This document shows positions 39,439-50,523 of a DNA stretch of 64,000 nt, piece after piece (within the stretch, counting starts at the first letter, position 1; each line of letters starts with the position of its first letter). The notes under the pieces are model-generated. The model was not told the DNA's origin, ran no database searches, and worked only from the letters and a program-made list of their open reading frames with translations. A program made the translations under genes and the position numbers. Source of the stretch: Candidatus Falkowbacteria bacterium RIFOXYC2_FULL_36_12 (lineage in GTDB: Bacteria > Patescibacteriota > Patescibacteriia > UBA11705); NCBI GenBank assembly GCA_001778235.1, contig MFGJ01000006.1:98092-162091 (forward strand), written 5' to 3'.

Positions 39439-39993
39439 ATGAAATTGACATTATCATCTGAAAAAATTATTCTGATAATCAAAATTATAACAATGGCAAC
39501 AATGGTGTTGATTTTGTTATTTTTAGTAATTCAGAAAATATCTTTTGCTCATAGTTTGGTCTATGATTTAGATTTTAGGGCCAAAAATAAATTTATTCAA
39601 GGACCATATCCTGTTGGTAGGGTTGAGCTACGGAGCGAATCAGAAAATATTTTCGTTGATCTGTTGCATGAGCCGATTTATCTCGAAGTTTATTCTCCAA
39701 GAAAGTTTGACAAGGTAAGGGTAGATATCAGGTTCAAACAATCGAATGATTTACAGGCTCAAATTGGCTTGAAGCTAGATTATCATGATTGGGCATTTTT
39801 CATGGAAGAACTGAAACCAATTGAAGATATTGAATGGCAAAATCAGCAGATAGAGTTTGAATTGAAGGATGCAGAATATGTAAATAACAAAATAAAATTG
39901 ATTATTTCTGCGCCTGGGGTTGGCGATGATGATAAATATCTAATGATTGATAAAATCAGTTTTACACTTTTCGACAATGAAAGAAATGATTAA
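39439..39993 (+). CDS. Hypothetical membrane-anchored protein
   Basis: N-terminal TM, beta-rich body. Confidence 0.65.
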   Translation: MKLTLSSEKIILIIKIITMATMVLILLFLVIQKISFAHSLVYDLDFRAKNKFIQGPYPVGRVELRSESENIFVDLLHEPIYLEVYSPRKFDKVRVDIRFKQSNDLQAQIGLKLDYHDWAFFMEELKPIEDIEWQNQQIEFELKDAEYVNNKIKLIISAPGVGDDDKYLMIDKISFTLFDNERND

Positions 39994-40168
39994 AAATTTG
40001 ATTACTTTTTTATTTATTGCGTTTTTTGTATTCGCTTTAGTTTTGGTTGTGTGTGAATTGTTCAGCCCTGGCTTTGTGATTTATTATTTAAATCTGAATT
40101 TAGTGATTTTATTGATGTTTTTACTCGCAGTTTTGAAAATTTTTGTAAATTATGAAAAAGATATTTAA
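39986..40168 (+). CDS. Small two-TM hypothetical protein
   Basis: Overlaps both neighbours in operon-like fashion. Confidence 0.5.
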   Translation: MIKNLITFLFIAFFVFALVLVVCELFSPGFVIYYLNLNLVILLMFLLAVLKIFVNYEKDI

Positions 40169-40703
40169 GGCAATGGCTGGATTTAAATCCGCTTTTGAGG
40201 ATAAAAAAAGCTATGTTAATTTCGTGGTTATTTTTGTGTTTTTCTTGTTTTTTATTCTGACTTTGCAACTGAAGTCATATATTGTATTTGTCTTTTCTTC
40301 AGGTTTGTTTTCTTTTGGTTATTCAATGTTTTTGGTTGCCAAAGCTTATTTGTTTTTTTATAAAGGATTTACAGCAATTACATTGTTTAATCTAATTTTA
40401 GTCGCAGTATTAGTTGCGATTGATTTAGCGTTATTATTGTTTTATTTACGAAAAAGAATAAAATCTGAAAAAGTTTTTGGTAGAAGTGTTTTTTCAGTTT
40501 TAATTGGCGTGATTGGTGTTGGTTGTTCATCTTGTGGCTCAATAATCTTATCTTCTTTTATTGGTATAAGTGTTACTTCAACAATTTTTGGCTTTCTGCC
40601 ATGGCATGGGGTGGAAATAAATATTTTGAGTGTTGTTATTTTGTTGGTATCAATTTATTTGATTGCTTTGAAAATAAATAATCCGAATGTCTGTAAAAGA
40701 TAG
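40152..40703 (+). CDS. Hypothetical membrane protein with intramembrane CxxC
   Basis: Several TMs; GVGCSSCGS motif; terminal Cys. Confidence 0.7.
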   Translation: MKKIFKAMAGFKSAFEDKKSYVNFVVIFVFFLFFILTLQLKSYIVFVFSSGLFSFGYSMFLVAKAYLFFYKGFTAITLFNLILVAVLVAIDLALLLFYLRKRIKSEKVFGRSVFSVLIGVIGVGCSSCGSIILSSFIGISVTSTIFGFLPWHGVEINILSVVILLVSIYLIALKINNPNVCKR

Positions 40704-40880
40704 AAATTGAAGAATATTTGAAAGTTTTGCAAGGAAAACCTGTAGAATTTGCAAAATTAATAAAAAAGTGGTATAATGAAGTATAATTGATTAAATGACC
40801 AGAATAAGCATAAATTACTAAGAAAATGTAATGTTTTGAGTCTTTAGTCGTCATATAAGAGTTAATAACTAAATAAATTT

Positions 40881-41843
40881 ATGTCTGAAAAAATTATCTA
40901 TTTAATCGGTGGGATTATTATCGGATTGATTTTGATTGTCGGTGCATTCTTTCTATTCACCAATCAAGATTTTTTTACAGCTGATAATGACCAACAGATT
41001 GAAGATGAGCAAGATTCAACACAAGATTCAACATCGGATCAAGATGTTGAGACAACTGATCAACCAAGTGATGTTGATACAGATACACCTGTAAACAGCG
41101 ATCAACCAAACAATACCAATGATCAAATTGTTGTATTGACTCCGATTGTAGGCGCTACTGTAAGCAACCCAATAAATTTTTCCGGAAGAGCTAGAGGAAC
41201 ATTTTTCTTTGAAGGTAGTTTTCCTGTTAGTTTAAGAAAACCAAATGGAGAAGTTGTGGCATCAAGTTTTGCAACTGCGCAGGGCGAATGGATGACAACC
41301 GAGTTTGTAAATTTTACTGGTCAGCTTGAATTTAATTATGCTGACATTGATGATGGTAGAATGAATTTAGTTTTTACCAAGGATGATCCATCAGGCAGAG
41401 CATTAACCAGTGAAGATAGTAAAGCTGTTGGAATCTATATTCAAGATGCACCTGATACTTCAAAATTTAGTATTTATTTCCAAAATGATAGTATTGATGA
41501 AGCTTTAAATTCATGTATTGATGTTTATCCAGTTGTTCGAACTCGGCCATTTACCCAAGCGATTGCCAAATTAGCGATTGAGACTCTTTTGGAAGGTCCT
41601 GATGGTTTGGAATCTGAATCAGGTTATACCTCTCTACTTCCAACTGCAACACTGAATACTATAACTTTAACCAATGGCACACTTTATATTGATTTAAGGG
41701 GAAATATTAATGATTTTAATGGCGGAAGTTGCCGAACACAAGCAATGAAATCGCAAATTATTAATACTGCTAAGCAATTCCCATCTGTTAATACTGTTAT
41801 TATTTCTGTAAATGGAGATACTGAAAATATTTTTCAACCATAA
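40881..41843 (+). CDS. Gmad2 Ig-like plus GerMN domain membrane-anchored protein
   Basis: GRARGTFFFEGSFPV...GEWMTT..V.F; LLEGP...GGSCR..SQI..TAKQFPSV. Confidence 0.85.
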   Translation: MSEKIIYLIGGIIIGLILIVGAFFLFTNQDFFTADNDQQIEDEQDSTQDSTSDQDVETTDQPSDVDTDTPVNSDQPNNTNDQIVVLTPIVGATVSNPINFSGRARGTFFFEGSFPVSLRKPNGEVVASSFATAQGEWMTTEFVNFTGQLEFNYADIDDGRMNLVFTKDDPSGRALTSEDSKAVGIYIQDAPDTSKFSIYFQNDSIDEALNSCIDVYPVVRTRPFTQAIAKLAIETLLEGPDGLESESGYTSLLPTATLNTITLTNGTLYIDLRGNINDFNGGSCRTQAMKSQIINTAKQFPSVNTVIISVNGDTENIFQP

Positions 41844-41925
41844 GAAAATTATAGGATTAGATAAAAAGCAGCTTTTTTGAAGCTGTTTTTTTGTTTTTTT
41901 CAATATATTGTTGAGTGTTTGAATT

Positions 41926-42520
41926 TGCTTCGCAGAGTACCCCCAGATCAAATCCGGTGCATACTTTTTGATGCCCGCCTACGGCTCGACTGAGCTCGCC
42001 GAATGTCCGGCAGGCAGGCAAAGAAGAATTATACCCTGAAATCCATCTTCGTTAAAACTTCGATGGACAAGTAAGTTCAGGGTGACAAGTGAGTATGTTG
42101 GTGGCGCGCATTACCGCCCCAGACCTGCCTTCATCAAGATTACGGCAGGCAAGCCCCCGTGATGTTCATAGTCGATGCTCTAAATATGCATGGCGAGTAA
42201 GCTCACTGCAGGCGAAGTTCAGAGTGCTGGAAGCACACACCACTCGTCATGCTGAACTTGTTTCAGCATCTCTGGGAACTATTTCAGCATCTCTGGGTAC
42301 TATTTTATAGGACTCAATCAACTTCAGAGTGAAATGAATTGTTCGTGTTTCGGAGACCCTGAAATCCATCTTCGTTAAAACTTCGATGGACAAGCAAGTT
42401 CAGGGTGACGGTTTGGTTGGCATTATTTCAGCATTTCTGGGAACTACTCCAGTATTTCTGGGTTTAATTTCAGTATCTTTCTCCTTATAGCCGACCCGCT
42501 GCCTGGCAGTGGGTCGGCTA
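41926..42520. repeat. Large composite repeat region (family A copy 4 at 42118-42157, several family B palindromes, GC-rich hairpin at ~42488-42521)
   Basis: Segments match 10382-10491, 27396-27445 and ~52486-52639. Confidence 0.85.
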
Positions 42521-42658
42521 TTCTGCCAAGGCCAAACCATTAACAACCTCCTAGTCTTTCAGTACTTATTTTTAGTTGACAAATTTTAATATATGTGATA
42601 ATCTTAGCTATTGTGAACCTTGACAAAAAGGCAGGCAACCCACATGGAGGGCGCAAAA

Positions 42659-43780
42659 ATGAATGCAAAGAAAAGATTCAAATCATATTATCTTCCCAGA
42701 ATTTTTTTGATTTTGCTTGCTGTAATCGTTGCGGGTGGCTTTTGGCTGGCAGCTAATACATCAGCAAATGATGCTTATGAAAAATGTGTAGAAGAATGGG
42801 AAAATGCTTTGTTTCTTGATAAATATTCATGTCTGGATAGAAATGAATATCCATGTCTCAATGATTGTGAAACCTATAATAATAGACTGAAGTATGAAGC
42901 TCCGGTTTTGATTGCCCGAGGTCAAAATATGGTTGACTATAGTTATATGGTTCACTATAGTTGCGTGGCAGTTCTTGATTTCAGTCAGTTTTATGGTTCT
43001 GCTGCCCTGTTAGCAATTGACAATAGATATTTTAATGATGAATTTATTTCACTATTGATGAGTAAAGATCAAAAAGAATTGGCAGAAACTCTGCTTCAAC
43101 ATAAATTTAAGCAATTGATAGAGAATGAAAATTGGATTCCTGCTTGGCAAATGTTGGAGCAAGCTCCGTGGTTGAAGTCTGTGCTAACAATGACTACCAA
43201 TGATTTGTTTAGTGGATTGCTGTCAATGAATTTTGGTCATAGTTGGGGATTTAACTGGACCTGCACTGAAGCGATTAATCTGGTTGAGAAATATGACTTG
43301 CAGAGTCATCCTGCTTTCATCCAAAGTACTTTGCCGAGATGTTTTGACTCCCAGAAAGGAAGAAATTTACCTTGCATGGTTCTGGATTTGCAATTCCGAT
43401 ATCATTTTCATGGGATCACTCTGGTTAATGAATTTAGTCAGTGTTTTACTCAAATGTTTGAAGATAACATTGTTACGGTAGATGAAGCGCGAATTTATTA
43501 TGAAAATGCACAGAGATTTGATTTTCAACCTGAACAAAAAAAATATTTTGCTTGGGTTTATCTTCTCTCCCTGATGAAATCCGCTAGTTCTGAAACTGAA
43601 ATGATGACTGCCATTAATTTAATGGATGATTACGGAATTAGTCAACAAGAATTAAAGGATATGTTGGAAATCCCTGAAAGAATGAATTTGTTGCGTTTGC
43701 AATATCGTATGTCAATATTGCCAAGAAATGTAGTGGAAGATTGTTTGCCTGAAAAGGTAGAGGAGTATGGAAATGAATAA
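42659..43780 (+). CDS. Hypothetical membrane-anchored protein
   Basis: SD ggagg, TTGACA promoter upstream, N-terminal TM, several Cys. Confidence 0.7.
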   Translation: MNAKKRFKSYYLPRIFLILLAVIVAGGFWLAANTSANDAYEKCVEEWENALFLDKYSCLDRNEYPCLNDCETYNNRLKYEAPVLIARGQNMVDYSYMVHYSCVAVLDFSQFYGSAALLAIDNRYFNDEFISLLMSKDQKELAETLLQHKFKQLIENENWIPAWQMLEQAPWLKSVLTMTTNDLFSGLLSMNFGHSWGFNWTCTEAINLVEKYDLQSHPAFIQSTLPRCFDSQKGRNLPCMVLDLQFRYHFHGITLVNEFSQCFTQMFEDNIVTVDEARIYYENAQRFDFQPEQKKYFAWVYLLSLMKSASSETEMMTAINLMDDYGISQQELKDMLEIPERMNLLRLQYRMSILPRNVVEDCLPEKVEEYGNE

Positions 43781-44177
43781 TAGTCTAAAAAGAGTTAAGT
43801 ACTGGTGGACAAAGAATGATTTTAATTTTGATCTGATTATTATTCTCGCGATATTTTTCGCAATAATTGTAAGTTCAGCTTGTAAGAGAAAACCACAGAC
43901 CAATGGTGTAGAGGTAGAGGACACTTATGAGGTAATGACTGGAATTGTGGTAGAGGTTAAATTCCCTGATAATAATACGATGGTAAGATTTGATGATGGA
44001 AGAGTTAAATTGTTTTCAAATATTGAATATGATGTTATCTGGGAATTGGGCAAGAAACATAAAATCAGAATTACAGAAGGTCATTTTATTTCAGCGGTGA
44101 TGGTGGATGATGGAGTGGTTGACGGCTCGTCACTAGGAAATCAATCGCCTGAAGCTGATAAGAAACCGAGCCTGTAA
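43773..44177 (+). CDS. Hypothetical putative lipoprotein
   Basis: SD gaggag; hydrophobic stretch ending VSSAC. Confidence 0.6.
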   Translation: MNNSLKRVKYWWTKNDFNFDLIIILAIFFAIIVSSACKRKPQTNGVEVEDTYEVMTGIVVEVKFPDNNTMVRFDDGRVKLFSNIEYDVIWELGKKHKIRITEGHFISAVMVDDGVVDGSSLGNQSPEADKKPSL

Positions 44178-44240
44178 AAATTATAAAAAATAAAAGCAAC
44201 TGATAATATTCAGTGCTTTTTTGGTTTAAAATTTTGATAA

Positions 44241-45668
44241 TTATTTTAGATAGGTCCAGGTGGTCTTGTCCCCTTCATCTTTTATTTCTACCCCTAGCTC
44301 AAGAAGTTCAGACCGGACTTTATCAGCTTCCTGATAATTTTTTTCTTGGCGAAAAATATTTCTCTTGAGTATTAATTGTTCAATTTGTTCAGCTATATTT
44401 ACTTCTAGTTGTTTATCAAAGAAAATAAAACCCCAAACACTGTCAAGATAAGTTAAAAATTTCAAAAGCTGTTTCTTGGAATATTTACCTACTCTTTTTT
44501 CATCAATAAATCTATTTATCATGGTGATAAATTCAAAAAGTCCAGCGATGGCTTTGGGTGTATTCAGATCATCATCCATAGATTCAGAGAAAGTTTGGTA
44601 TGCTTTGTCAGTTTGTTCTTGGATTAAATTCAGATTTTCATCATTATCAATTTGATCTTCAGATAAATTTTTCAGTCGATTGATAAAGTTATGAATTTTG
44701 TTCAGAGAGGAATTGGCAGATTCAAGAGACTCAATAGTAAAATTTAATGGTTGTTTGTAATGATTGGTTATTATTAAAAATCTAAAAGCTAATGGATTTG
44801 GAACTTTTTGTAGAATATCTTGGAGTGTATAGAAATTGCCAATGCTTTTGGACATTTTTTTGCCATCAACTTTTAGGAAAGCTCGATGTAACCAAAATTG
44901 GACGAATTGTTTGCCTGTGACTGCTTCGGTTTGAGCAATTTCATTTTGATGATGTGGAAAAATAAGATCTTCTCCACCAGTATGAATATCAATCTGTTCG
45001 CCGAGTAATTTCATAATCATGGCAGAACATTCAATATGCCAGCCTGGGCGACCTGGGCCCCAAGGTGAGTCCCACTTTATGTTGCCATCTGCTTTATCCC
45101 AAGCTTTCCATAGAGCAAAGTCTTGGGCATTTTCTTTGTCATATTCATCTGAATTTGTTCTGCCATCAGCATCTGTTTTCAATTGTTGTTTCTCCAGATT
45201 TGCCAGTTGGCCATAATTTTCAAATTTGGAAATGCGAAAATAAACTGATTTGTCAGATGTTTGATAAGCGTAACCAAGTTTTTCCAGTTTTTTGATTAAA
45301 CTAATCATTTCTTGAATATAGTTGGTAGCTCGAACAACTTTTTTGGGTTTTTCAATGTTTAGAGCATTAAAATCTTCATAAAGCGCCAGTTCGAATTTTT
45401 TGGTGAAATCACGAAGTTCTTCTCCGGCTATTTGTGTTGCTTTTATAGTTTTGTCATCAACATCAGTTAGATTCATTACATCTTTGACTTTATAACCACA
45501 GAATCGTAGATAGCGTTTCAAAACATCTGCAAATAAATAAGAACTCATATTCCCAATGTGGGCAAAATCATAGATGGTTGGTCCACAAGTGTACATTTTG
45601 ACTTTATTGTTTTTCAGAGGAATGAATTTTTGTTTTTCCTTGGTGAGGGTATTAAATAATTTAAGCAT
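44241..45668 (-). CDS. cysS: Cysteine--tRNA ligase
   Basis: YTCGPTIY, HIGN, GRPGWHIECS, PHHQNE, KMSKS. Confidence 0.98.
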   Translation of the reverse strand: MLKLFNTLTKEKQKFIPLKNNKVKMYTCGPTIYDFAHIGNMSSYLFADVLKRYLRFCGYKVKDVMNLTDVDDKTIKATQIAGEELRDFTKKFELALYEDFNALNIEKPKKVVRATNYIQEMISLIKKLEKLGYAYQTSDKSVYFRISKFENYGQLANLEKQQLKTDADGRTNSDEYDKENAQDFALWKAWDKADGNIKWDSPWGPGRPGWHIECSAMIMKLLGEQIDIHTGGEDLIFPHHQNEIAQTEAVTGKQFVQFWLHRAFLKVDGKKMSKSIGNFYTLQDILQKVPNPLAFRFLIITNHYKQPLNFTIESLESANSSLNKIHNFINRLKNLSEDQIDNDENLNLIQEQTDKAYQTFSESMDDDLNTPKAIAGLFEFITMINRFIDEKRVGKYSKKQLLKFLTYLDSVWGFIFFDKQLEVNIAEQIEQLILKRNIFRQEKNYQEADKVRSELLELGVEIKDEGDKTTWTYLK

Positions 45669-45788
45669 ATTTATAAGTAATTTATAATTATAATTTAGCA
45701 AAAATTTACTTATATGTAAAGAATCTGACTATTGTTAAATTGTATTACACGGCTTATAATTGGAAAAGTAATTAATAATAGAAAAAAT

Positions 45789-46940
45789 ATGGACATCTAT
45801 GAGCAATCTTTACTTTTTCATGAAAAAGTAAAAGGTAAGTTATCAGTAAAATCAAAAGTAAAATTGGAGACTAGAGAGGATTTGTCACTGGCATATACTC
45901 CAGGTGTGGCTGAACCTTGTCGTCGAATTCAGCAAGATAATGATTTGGCTTATAAATATACCATTAAAGGCAATTCGGTGGCGGTGATAACAGATGGCAG
46001 TGCGGTTCTTGGACTGGGAAATATCGGCTCCCTAGCTGGTTTGCCGGTGATGGAAGGAAAAGCAATATTGTTCAAGGAATTTGCTGGAATTGATGCTTAT
46101 CCAATATGTTTGGCCGAGCAAAGTGTAGAAAAAACCATTGAAACCGTGAAAAATATTGCACCAAGCTTTGGTGGAATAAATTTGGAGGATATAAAAGCAC
46201 CTGAATGTTTTGAAATTGAAAATGCATTGCAGGATTTGGGGATTCCGGTTTTTCATGATGATCAGCATGGTACAGCTATTGTGGTTTTGGCTGGGCTCAT
46301 CAATGCTTTGAGAGTTGTAGGTAAAAGTAAAGAAAAGGTAAAGGTGGTAGTCAATGGTGCCGGTGCTGCTGGAATAGCCATTACAAAGTTGTTAATTGAA
46401 TATGGTTTTGATTCAGCTAATTTTTTGATGCTAGATAGTAAAGGGATTATTTTCAAAGGTAGAGATGATTTGGTGGAAAATAAATATAAAATGAAAATGG
46501 CTGAAATCACCAATAAAAATATTTTAAAAGGTGATTTGGCTCAAGCAATGGATAAAGCTGATATTTTTATTGGTGTTTCAGTAAAAAATATTGTAAATCA
46601 GGACATGATCAGATCAATGAATGGAAAATCAATTATTTTTGCCATGGCTAATCCTGAACCAGAAATTATGCCTGATTTGGCTTTGGAAGCAGGTGCAATG
46701 GTGGTGGCAACTGGTAGAAGTGACTTTCCAAATCAAGTAAATAATGTTTTGGTTTTTCCTGGTATTTTTCGTGGAGCTTTGGATATGCGTGCGAAAACAA
46801 TTAGTTTAAAAATGAAGCTAGTTGCGGCTGAAGCTTTGGCAGGTGTAGTCACTAACCCAACGGTTGAGCATATTTTACCTTCACCTCTTGAAAAAGATGT
46901 ATCAAAAGTTATTGCTGAAGCTGTAATGAAAGTCGGATAA
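45789..46940 (+). CDS. NAD(P)-dependent malic enzyme
   Basis: [39 protein letters not shown]. Confidence 0.95.
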   Translation: MDIYEQSLLFHEKVKGKLSVKSKVKLETREDLSLAYTPGVAEPCRRIQQDNDLAYKYTIKGNSVAVITDGSAVLGLGNIGSLAGLPVMEGKAILFKEFAGIDAYPICLAEQSVEKTIETVKNIAPSFGGINLEDIKAPECFEIENALQDLGIPVFHDDQHGTAIVVLAGLINALRVVGKSKEKVKVVVNGAGAAGIAITKLLIEYGFDSANFLMLDSKGIIFKGRDDLVENKYKMKMAEITNKNILKGDLAQAMDKADIFIGVSVKNIVNQDMIRSMNGKSIIFAMANPEPEIMPDLALEAGAMVVATGRSDFPNQVNNVLVFPGIFRGALDMRAKTISLKMKLVAAEALAGVVTNPTVEHILPSPLEKDVSKVIAEAVMKVG

Positions 46941-46994
46941 TAAATTGTTTTGTCTTTATAAAAATGGTATAATTTGTTTGAATTAATATAAACT

Positions 46995-48569
46995 ATGCCA
47001 AGCAAGTCATTAGAACGGTTATTTTCAGTTTTTGGTCAAACAGAACCTCAATTTTCTGAAGAAGAAGTTTTGAGAGTGAATCAGGTAATCAGTAAATTTT
47101 CTTTGGTTTATGAAAAAGTCCGTAATGCCATGGATTACAAGGAAGATCATTTACTTCGAAAAAATGCTTTGTTCCGATTGTTAAAGCGCAAGCTTTTTAT
47201 TGAAAAAATATTGATAAATCAAACTGAAGAAAAGTTAGCCGAGCAGATCGTATATGAAATGATCAGGGCAGGATATTTGAAAAATAATCAAGTGCCAAAA
47301 ACAAAAATTGATGATTTGTTAAAGGTAATTCAAAAATATAATAAATTAATTCAACTATCAGATCTCAATCAATCGCAATTCATGCAGATGTTGGAACTCC
47401 AAGCTTGCGAAATTGAGGAGGTTTTGGTGCCATCTACCAAGACAAAGGCTTTGATTAGATTTGCCTTTGAAGTAATGAATCCGAGGATTTTGAGTAATCG
47501 TGGTGAAATAGATGACAAAGAAAAAGAATTGCAGACATATTTGGCGGTTTATCGCGTTTTGCGAAAGCCTGATGAAGCTCTAATGTCATTTGTCCTATGG
47601 AATTTATATTATCCAAATTGGCATAATGCTGATGACAATTTGATTCATGCAATTGCCAAAGATTTTGATTTGGTGAATGATGAAATTAGGCAACAGCTAA
47701 ACCATCCATGGAAAAAAAGTCTTGATAAATTATTCAAGAAGTTTGCGATTGTTTTCTGGATTTTGGAAGATTTGATTGAAAAGGATCCGGAAGCGGCGTA
47801 TGAAATTTTTGATGATGAAGAACTGTTAGAAAGAGAAGTTCGTAAAGCTTGCGATGAGAGATATAAAGTTGTGAGAAAAAAATTGACTCGTGGTGTTGTG
47901 CGAAGTATAGTTTATGTTTTTTTTACAAAGATGTTGTTGGCATTATTCCTAGAGCTTCCGCTTGATATGCTCCTGAAAGGTTTTATAAATTATACTGCTC
48001 TGACAATAAATATTTTATTTCCACCGGTTTTGATGTTTTTTGTGGCGATTACCATTCGCACACCAGGCAAGAAAAATACAGAAATGATAATAAAGGAATT
48101 AAAGGTTATTGTTTTTGGTGAGGATGCAAAAAAATTCAAACTAAAAGCGCCAAAGAATCGAAGCATAGTAACATCTGTTGTTCTAAATATTTTATATTTA
48201 ATGGTTTTTGCTGCGTCGGTTTATTTGATTGTTATTGGACTAGATAGAATTGATTTTATCTGGACTAGTGCTTTAATATTTGTGTTTTTTCTTAGTGTTG
48301 TCAGTTTTTTTGGGATTAGAATCAGGAAGCCAATTAAGGAAATAAGCATTGAAGAAAAGAGAGATAATATTTTTATTATGTTAATAGATTTTATTTCTTT
48401 GCCATTTGCCACTGTTGGACAGTGGACAAGCAATAAGTTTAGTAAGATTAATTTTATAGCTTTTATTTTTGATTTTATAATTGAAGCGCCATTTAAAATA
48501 TTTGTTGAAGTACTTGAAGATTTGTTTGGATTCTGGAGAGAAAAGAAGGAAGAGGCGTATGATATTTGA
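46995..48569 (+). CDS. Conserved hypothetical membrane protein
   Basis: 524 aa, YEKVRNAMDYKEDHLLRK N-terminal motif, C-terminal TMs. Confidence 0.8.
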   Translation: MPSKSLERLFSVFGQTEPQFSEEEVLRVNQVISKFSLVYEKVRNAMDYKEDHLLRKNALFRLLKRKLFIEKILINQTEEKLAEQIVYEMIRAGYLKNNQVPKTKIDDLLKVIQKYNKLIQLSDLNQSQFMQMLELQACEIEEVLVPSTKTKALIRFAFEVMNPRILSNRGEIDDKEKELQTYLAVYRVLRKPDEALMSFVLWNLYYPNWHNADDNLIHAIAKDFDLVNDEIRQQLNHPWKKSLDKLFKKFAIVFWILEDLIEKDPEAAYEIFDDEELLEREVRKACDERYKVVRKKLTRGVVRSIVYVFFTKMLLALFLELPLDMLLKGFINYTALTINILFPPVLMFFVAITIRTPGKKNTEMIIKELKVIVFGEDAKKFKLKAPKNRSIVTSVVLNILYLMVFAASVYLIVIGLDRIDFIWTSALIFVFFLSVVSFFGIRIRKPIKEISIEEKRDNIFIMLIDFISLPFATVGQWTSNKFSKINFIAFIFDFIIEAPFKIFVEVLEDLFGFWREKKEEAYDI

Positions 48570-48703
48570 GATATTAGCTACAGGTAATTAGGAACTGGAT
48601 ACCAGGGAATAGAGACTAGAGATTAAAGACTAGGGAATGGTCTAAAATTTTAGGAGTTGATAATTAATTTGATTGTTTGTTTGAAATAATGTAAATTTGA
48701 ATT

Positions 48704-49105
48704 ATGAACAATGAACCAACAACAAAAGATATTTTAGAGGCAATAAACACTTTCTCAACTCATGTTGATAAACGATTTGATGGTGTGGATGAACGGCTTG
48801 ATAAGGTAGAAGGCAGGCTTGATAAAGTAGAAGGCAGGCTTGATAAAGTAGACGGCAGGCTTGATAAAGTAGACGGCAGGCTTGATAAAGTAGACGGTAG
48901 ACTCGATAAAGTAGAATCAACCATGGTAACTAAAGAATACCTTGATGAAAAATTGAGCGATCTTCGTGGTGATTTGGTTGTTCTAACTAGAAAAGAAGAT
49001 AATAAATTAAAAAAATTAGTTGAAATTTTGAATGATAAAAATATTTTAACGGCTGAAGATAAGACAAAAATATTTCAGATGGAGCCGTTTGCAGAGCAAC
49101 GATAG
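48704..49105 (+). CDS. Coiled-coil protein with heptad tandem repeat (RLDKV[E/D]G)
   Basis: About six 21-bp in-frame repeats; MVTKEYLDEKL.DLRGDL. Confidence 0.8.
   Translation: MNNEPTTKDILEAINTFSTHVDKRFDGVDERLDKVEGRLDKVEGRLDKVDGRLDKVDGRLDKVDGRLDKVESTMVTKEYLDEKLSDLRGDLVVLTRKEDNKLKKLVEILNDKNILTAEDKTKIFQMEPFAEQR
48795..48916 (+). repeat. 21-bp tandem repeat, ~6 units
   Basis: ggcttgataa(a/g)gtaga(a/c)ggca units. Confidence 0.9.
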
Positions 49106-49361
49106 AATAGGGGGTGGGGATGGCACTCAAAGTTCCTATGGATGTTATTCGCGCGATGGTGAATAATTCAGTTGATGAATGTAAAGCGAAGAGGTGTTTG
49201 TCAGCCGATGAATCGTGGAGGCTAAGAATAACTTCTGCTGAACAAGCGAGATTTGAAGGGCCAAAATTAAATTTAAAATTATTGATGTTGTGCGATTTTA
49301 GCAAATGATATTATCATTTGTTTTTTTGTATATTTTTACAAAACATAATATAATCCGATGT

Positions 49362-50054
49362 ATGGATGAAGCAATGAAACAATCAGGCTTTTTACTCATA
49401 GACAAGCCAAAGGGTTGGACATCTTTTGATATAGTGGCAAAATTGCGAAGTATTTGTAAAATAAAAAAGATTGGTCATGCTGGAACTCTTGATCCCATGG
49501 CAACTGGATTATTGATTGTAGCAATTGGACGAGAAGCAACAAAGCGGATTGATGAATTCAAGGCACAAGAAAAAGTTTATGAAGCAGAGATTGAATTTGG
49601 CATGGTGAGTGATACCTATGATACTGAAGGAAAAGTTGAGAGATTAGAGTTGTCAGTTGATAGATTAGAGAGAGGAGTGATTGAGAAAGGTTTGAAAAGT
49701 TTTATTGGGGAAATTGAGCAGATGCCCCCGGCTTTTTCCGCGAAAAAGATAAAAGGAGTTCCGGCATACAAACTGGCGAGACAAGGAAAAGAAGTTGATT
49801 TGAAACCGAGTATTGTTGAAATTAAAACTATTGAAATATTGAATTTTGATTGGCCTAAATTAGAATTGGAAATAACTTGTGGTCCAGGTACATATATCCG
49901 TAGTTTAGCACATGATTTAGGTCAGGATTTACAGGTAGGTGCAATATTAACAGTATTGAAAAGAACACGAATCGGAAATTTTGATTTATCACAGGCTGTG
50001 AAGCTGGAGCAGTTGACAATTGACAATTGGCAGAGTTTTGTGTTAAAAATATAA
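49362..50054 (+). CDS. truB: tRNA pseudouridine(55) synthase
   Basis: IDKPKGWTS, GHAGTLDPMATG, QMPPAFSA, GTYIRSL. Confidence 0.97.
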   Translation: MDEAMKQSGFLLIDKPKGWTSFDIVAKLRSICKIKKIGHAGTLDPMATGLLIVAIGREATKRIDEFKAQEKVYEAEIEFGMVSDTYDTEGKVERLELSVDRLERGVIEKGLKSFIGEIEQMPPAFSAKKIKGVPAYKLARQGKEVDLKPSIVEIKTIEILNFDWPKLELEITCGPGTYIRSLAHDLGQDLQVGAILTVLKRTRIGNFDLSQAVKLEQLTIDNWQSFVLKI

Positions 50055-50091
50055 GCTAGGTGTTACACCAGCCAAAGGAGAGGAGACGACA

Positions 50092-50376
50092 ATGCCAATA
50101 CAAAAGCTTTCAGACATTGAATTTGAATGTCGTGTGTGTGGATGTAAGAATTTTTCGCCCAGAAGTTTATCTGTTGTAGTTGGAGATAATGGAAAAAGAA
50201 TTTTTTGTTTAAGCGATGGGTCACGGGTAAATGTGGAAAGATTCTCATGTACAAAATGTTCTGTTGTTTTCCTGGATCCGATTGCATTTTCAGTCCAGTC
50301 AAATGTCAATTTGAAGGATGAAGCTTTACTTCAGGTAGTTAAAACAAAATATCTGGCTGAATTACGAAACATATAA
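50092..50376 (+). CDS. Small Zn-ribbon hypothetical protein
   Basis: SD gaggag; CRVC...CTKC. Confidence 0.65.
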   Translation: MPIQKLSDIEFECRVCGCKNFSPRSLSVVVGDNGKRIFCLSDGSRVNVERFSCTKCSVVFLDPIAFSVQSNVNLKDEALLQVVKTKYLAELRNI

Positions 50377-50523
50377 TTCTGACTTAACATGGTCAGTTTT
50401 TTATTTTGACAAAATTGGTAATTAATGTTTATTTTTGGGTAAATATTTGACATGTTAATTTCTGAAGTTGTATATTTATATAATAAGTTTGTTCTTTGAC
50501 CACCACCACGGAAAGGAGTGGTT

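Noticed and set aside
48795..48916. Possible CRISPR or non-coding repeat
   Set aside because: In-frame heptad repeat within a coding sequence
49114..49308. 64-aa ORF before truB with a G-rich upstream tract
   Set aside because: Could be a small accessory gene but has no motif support
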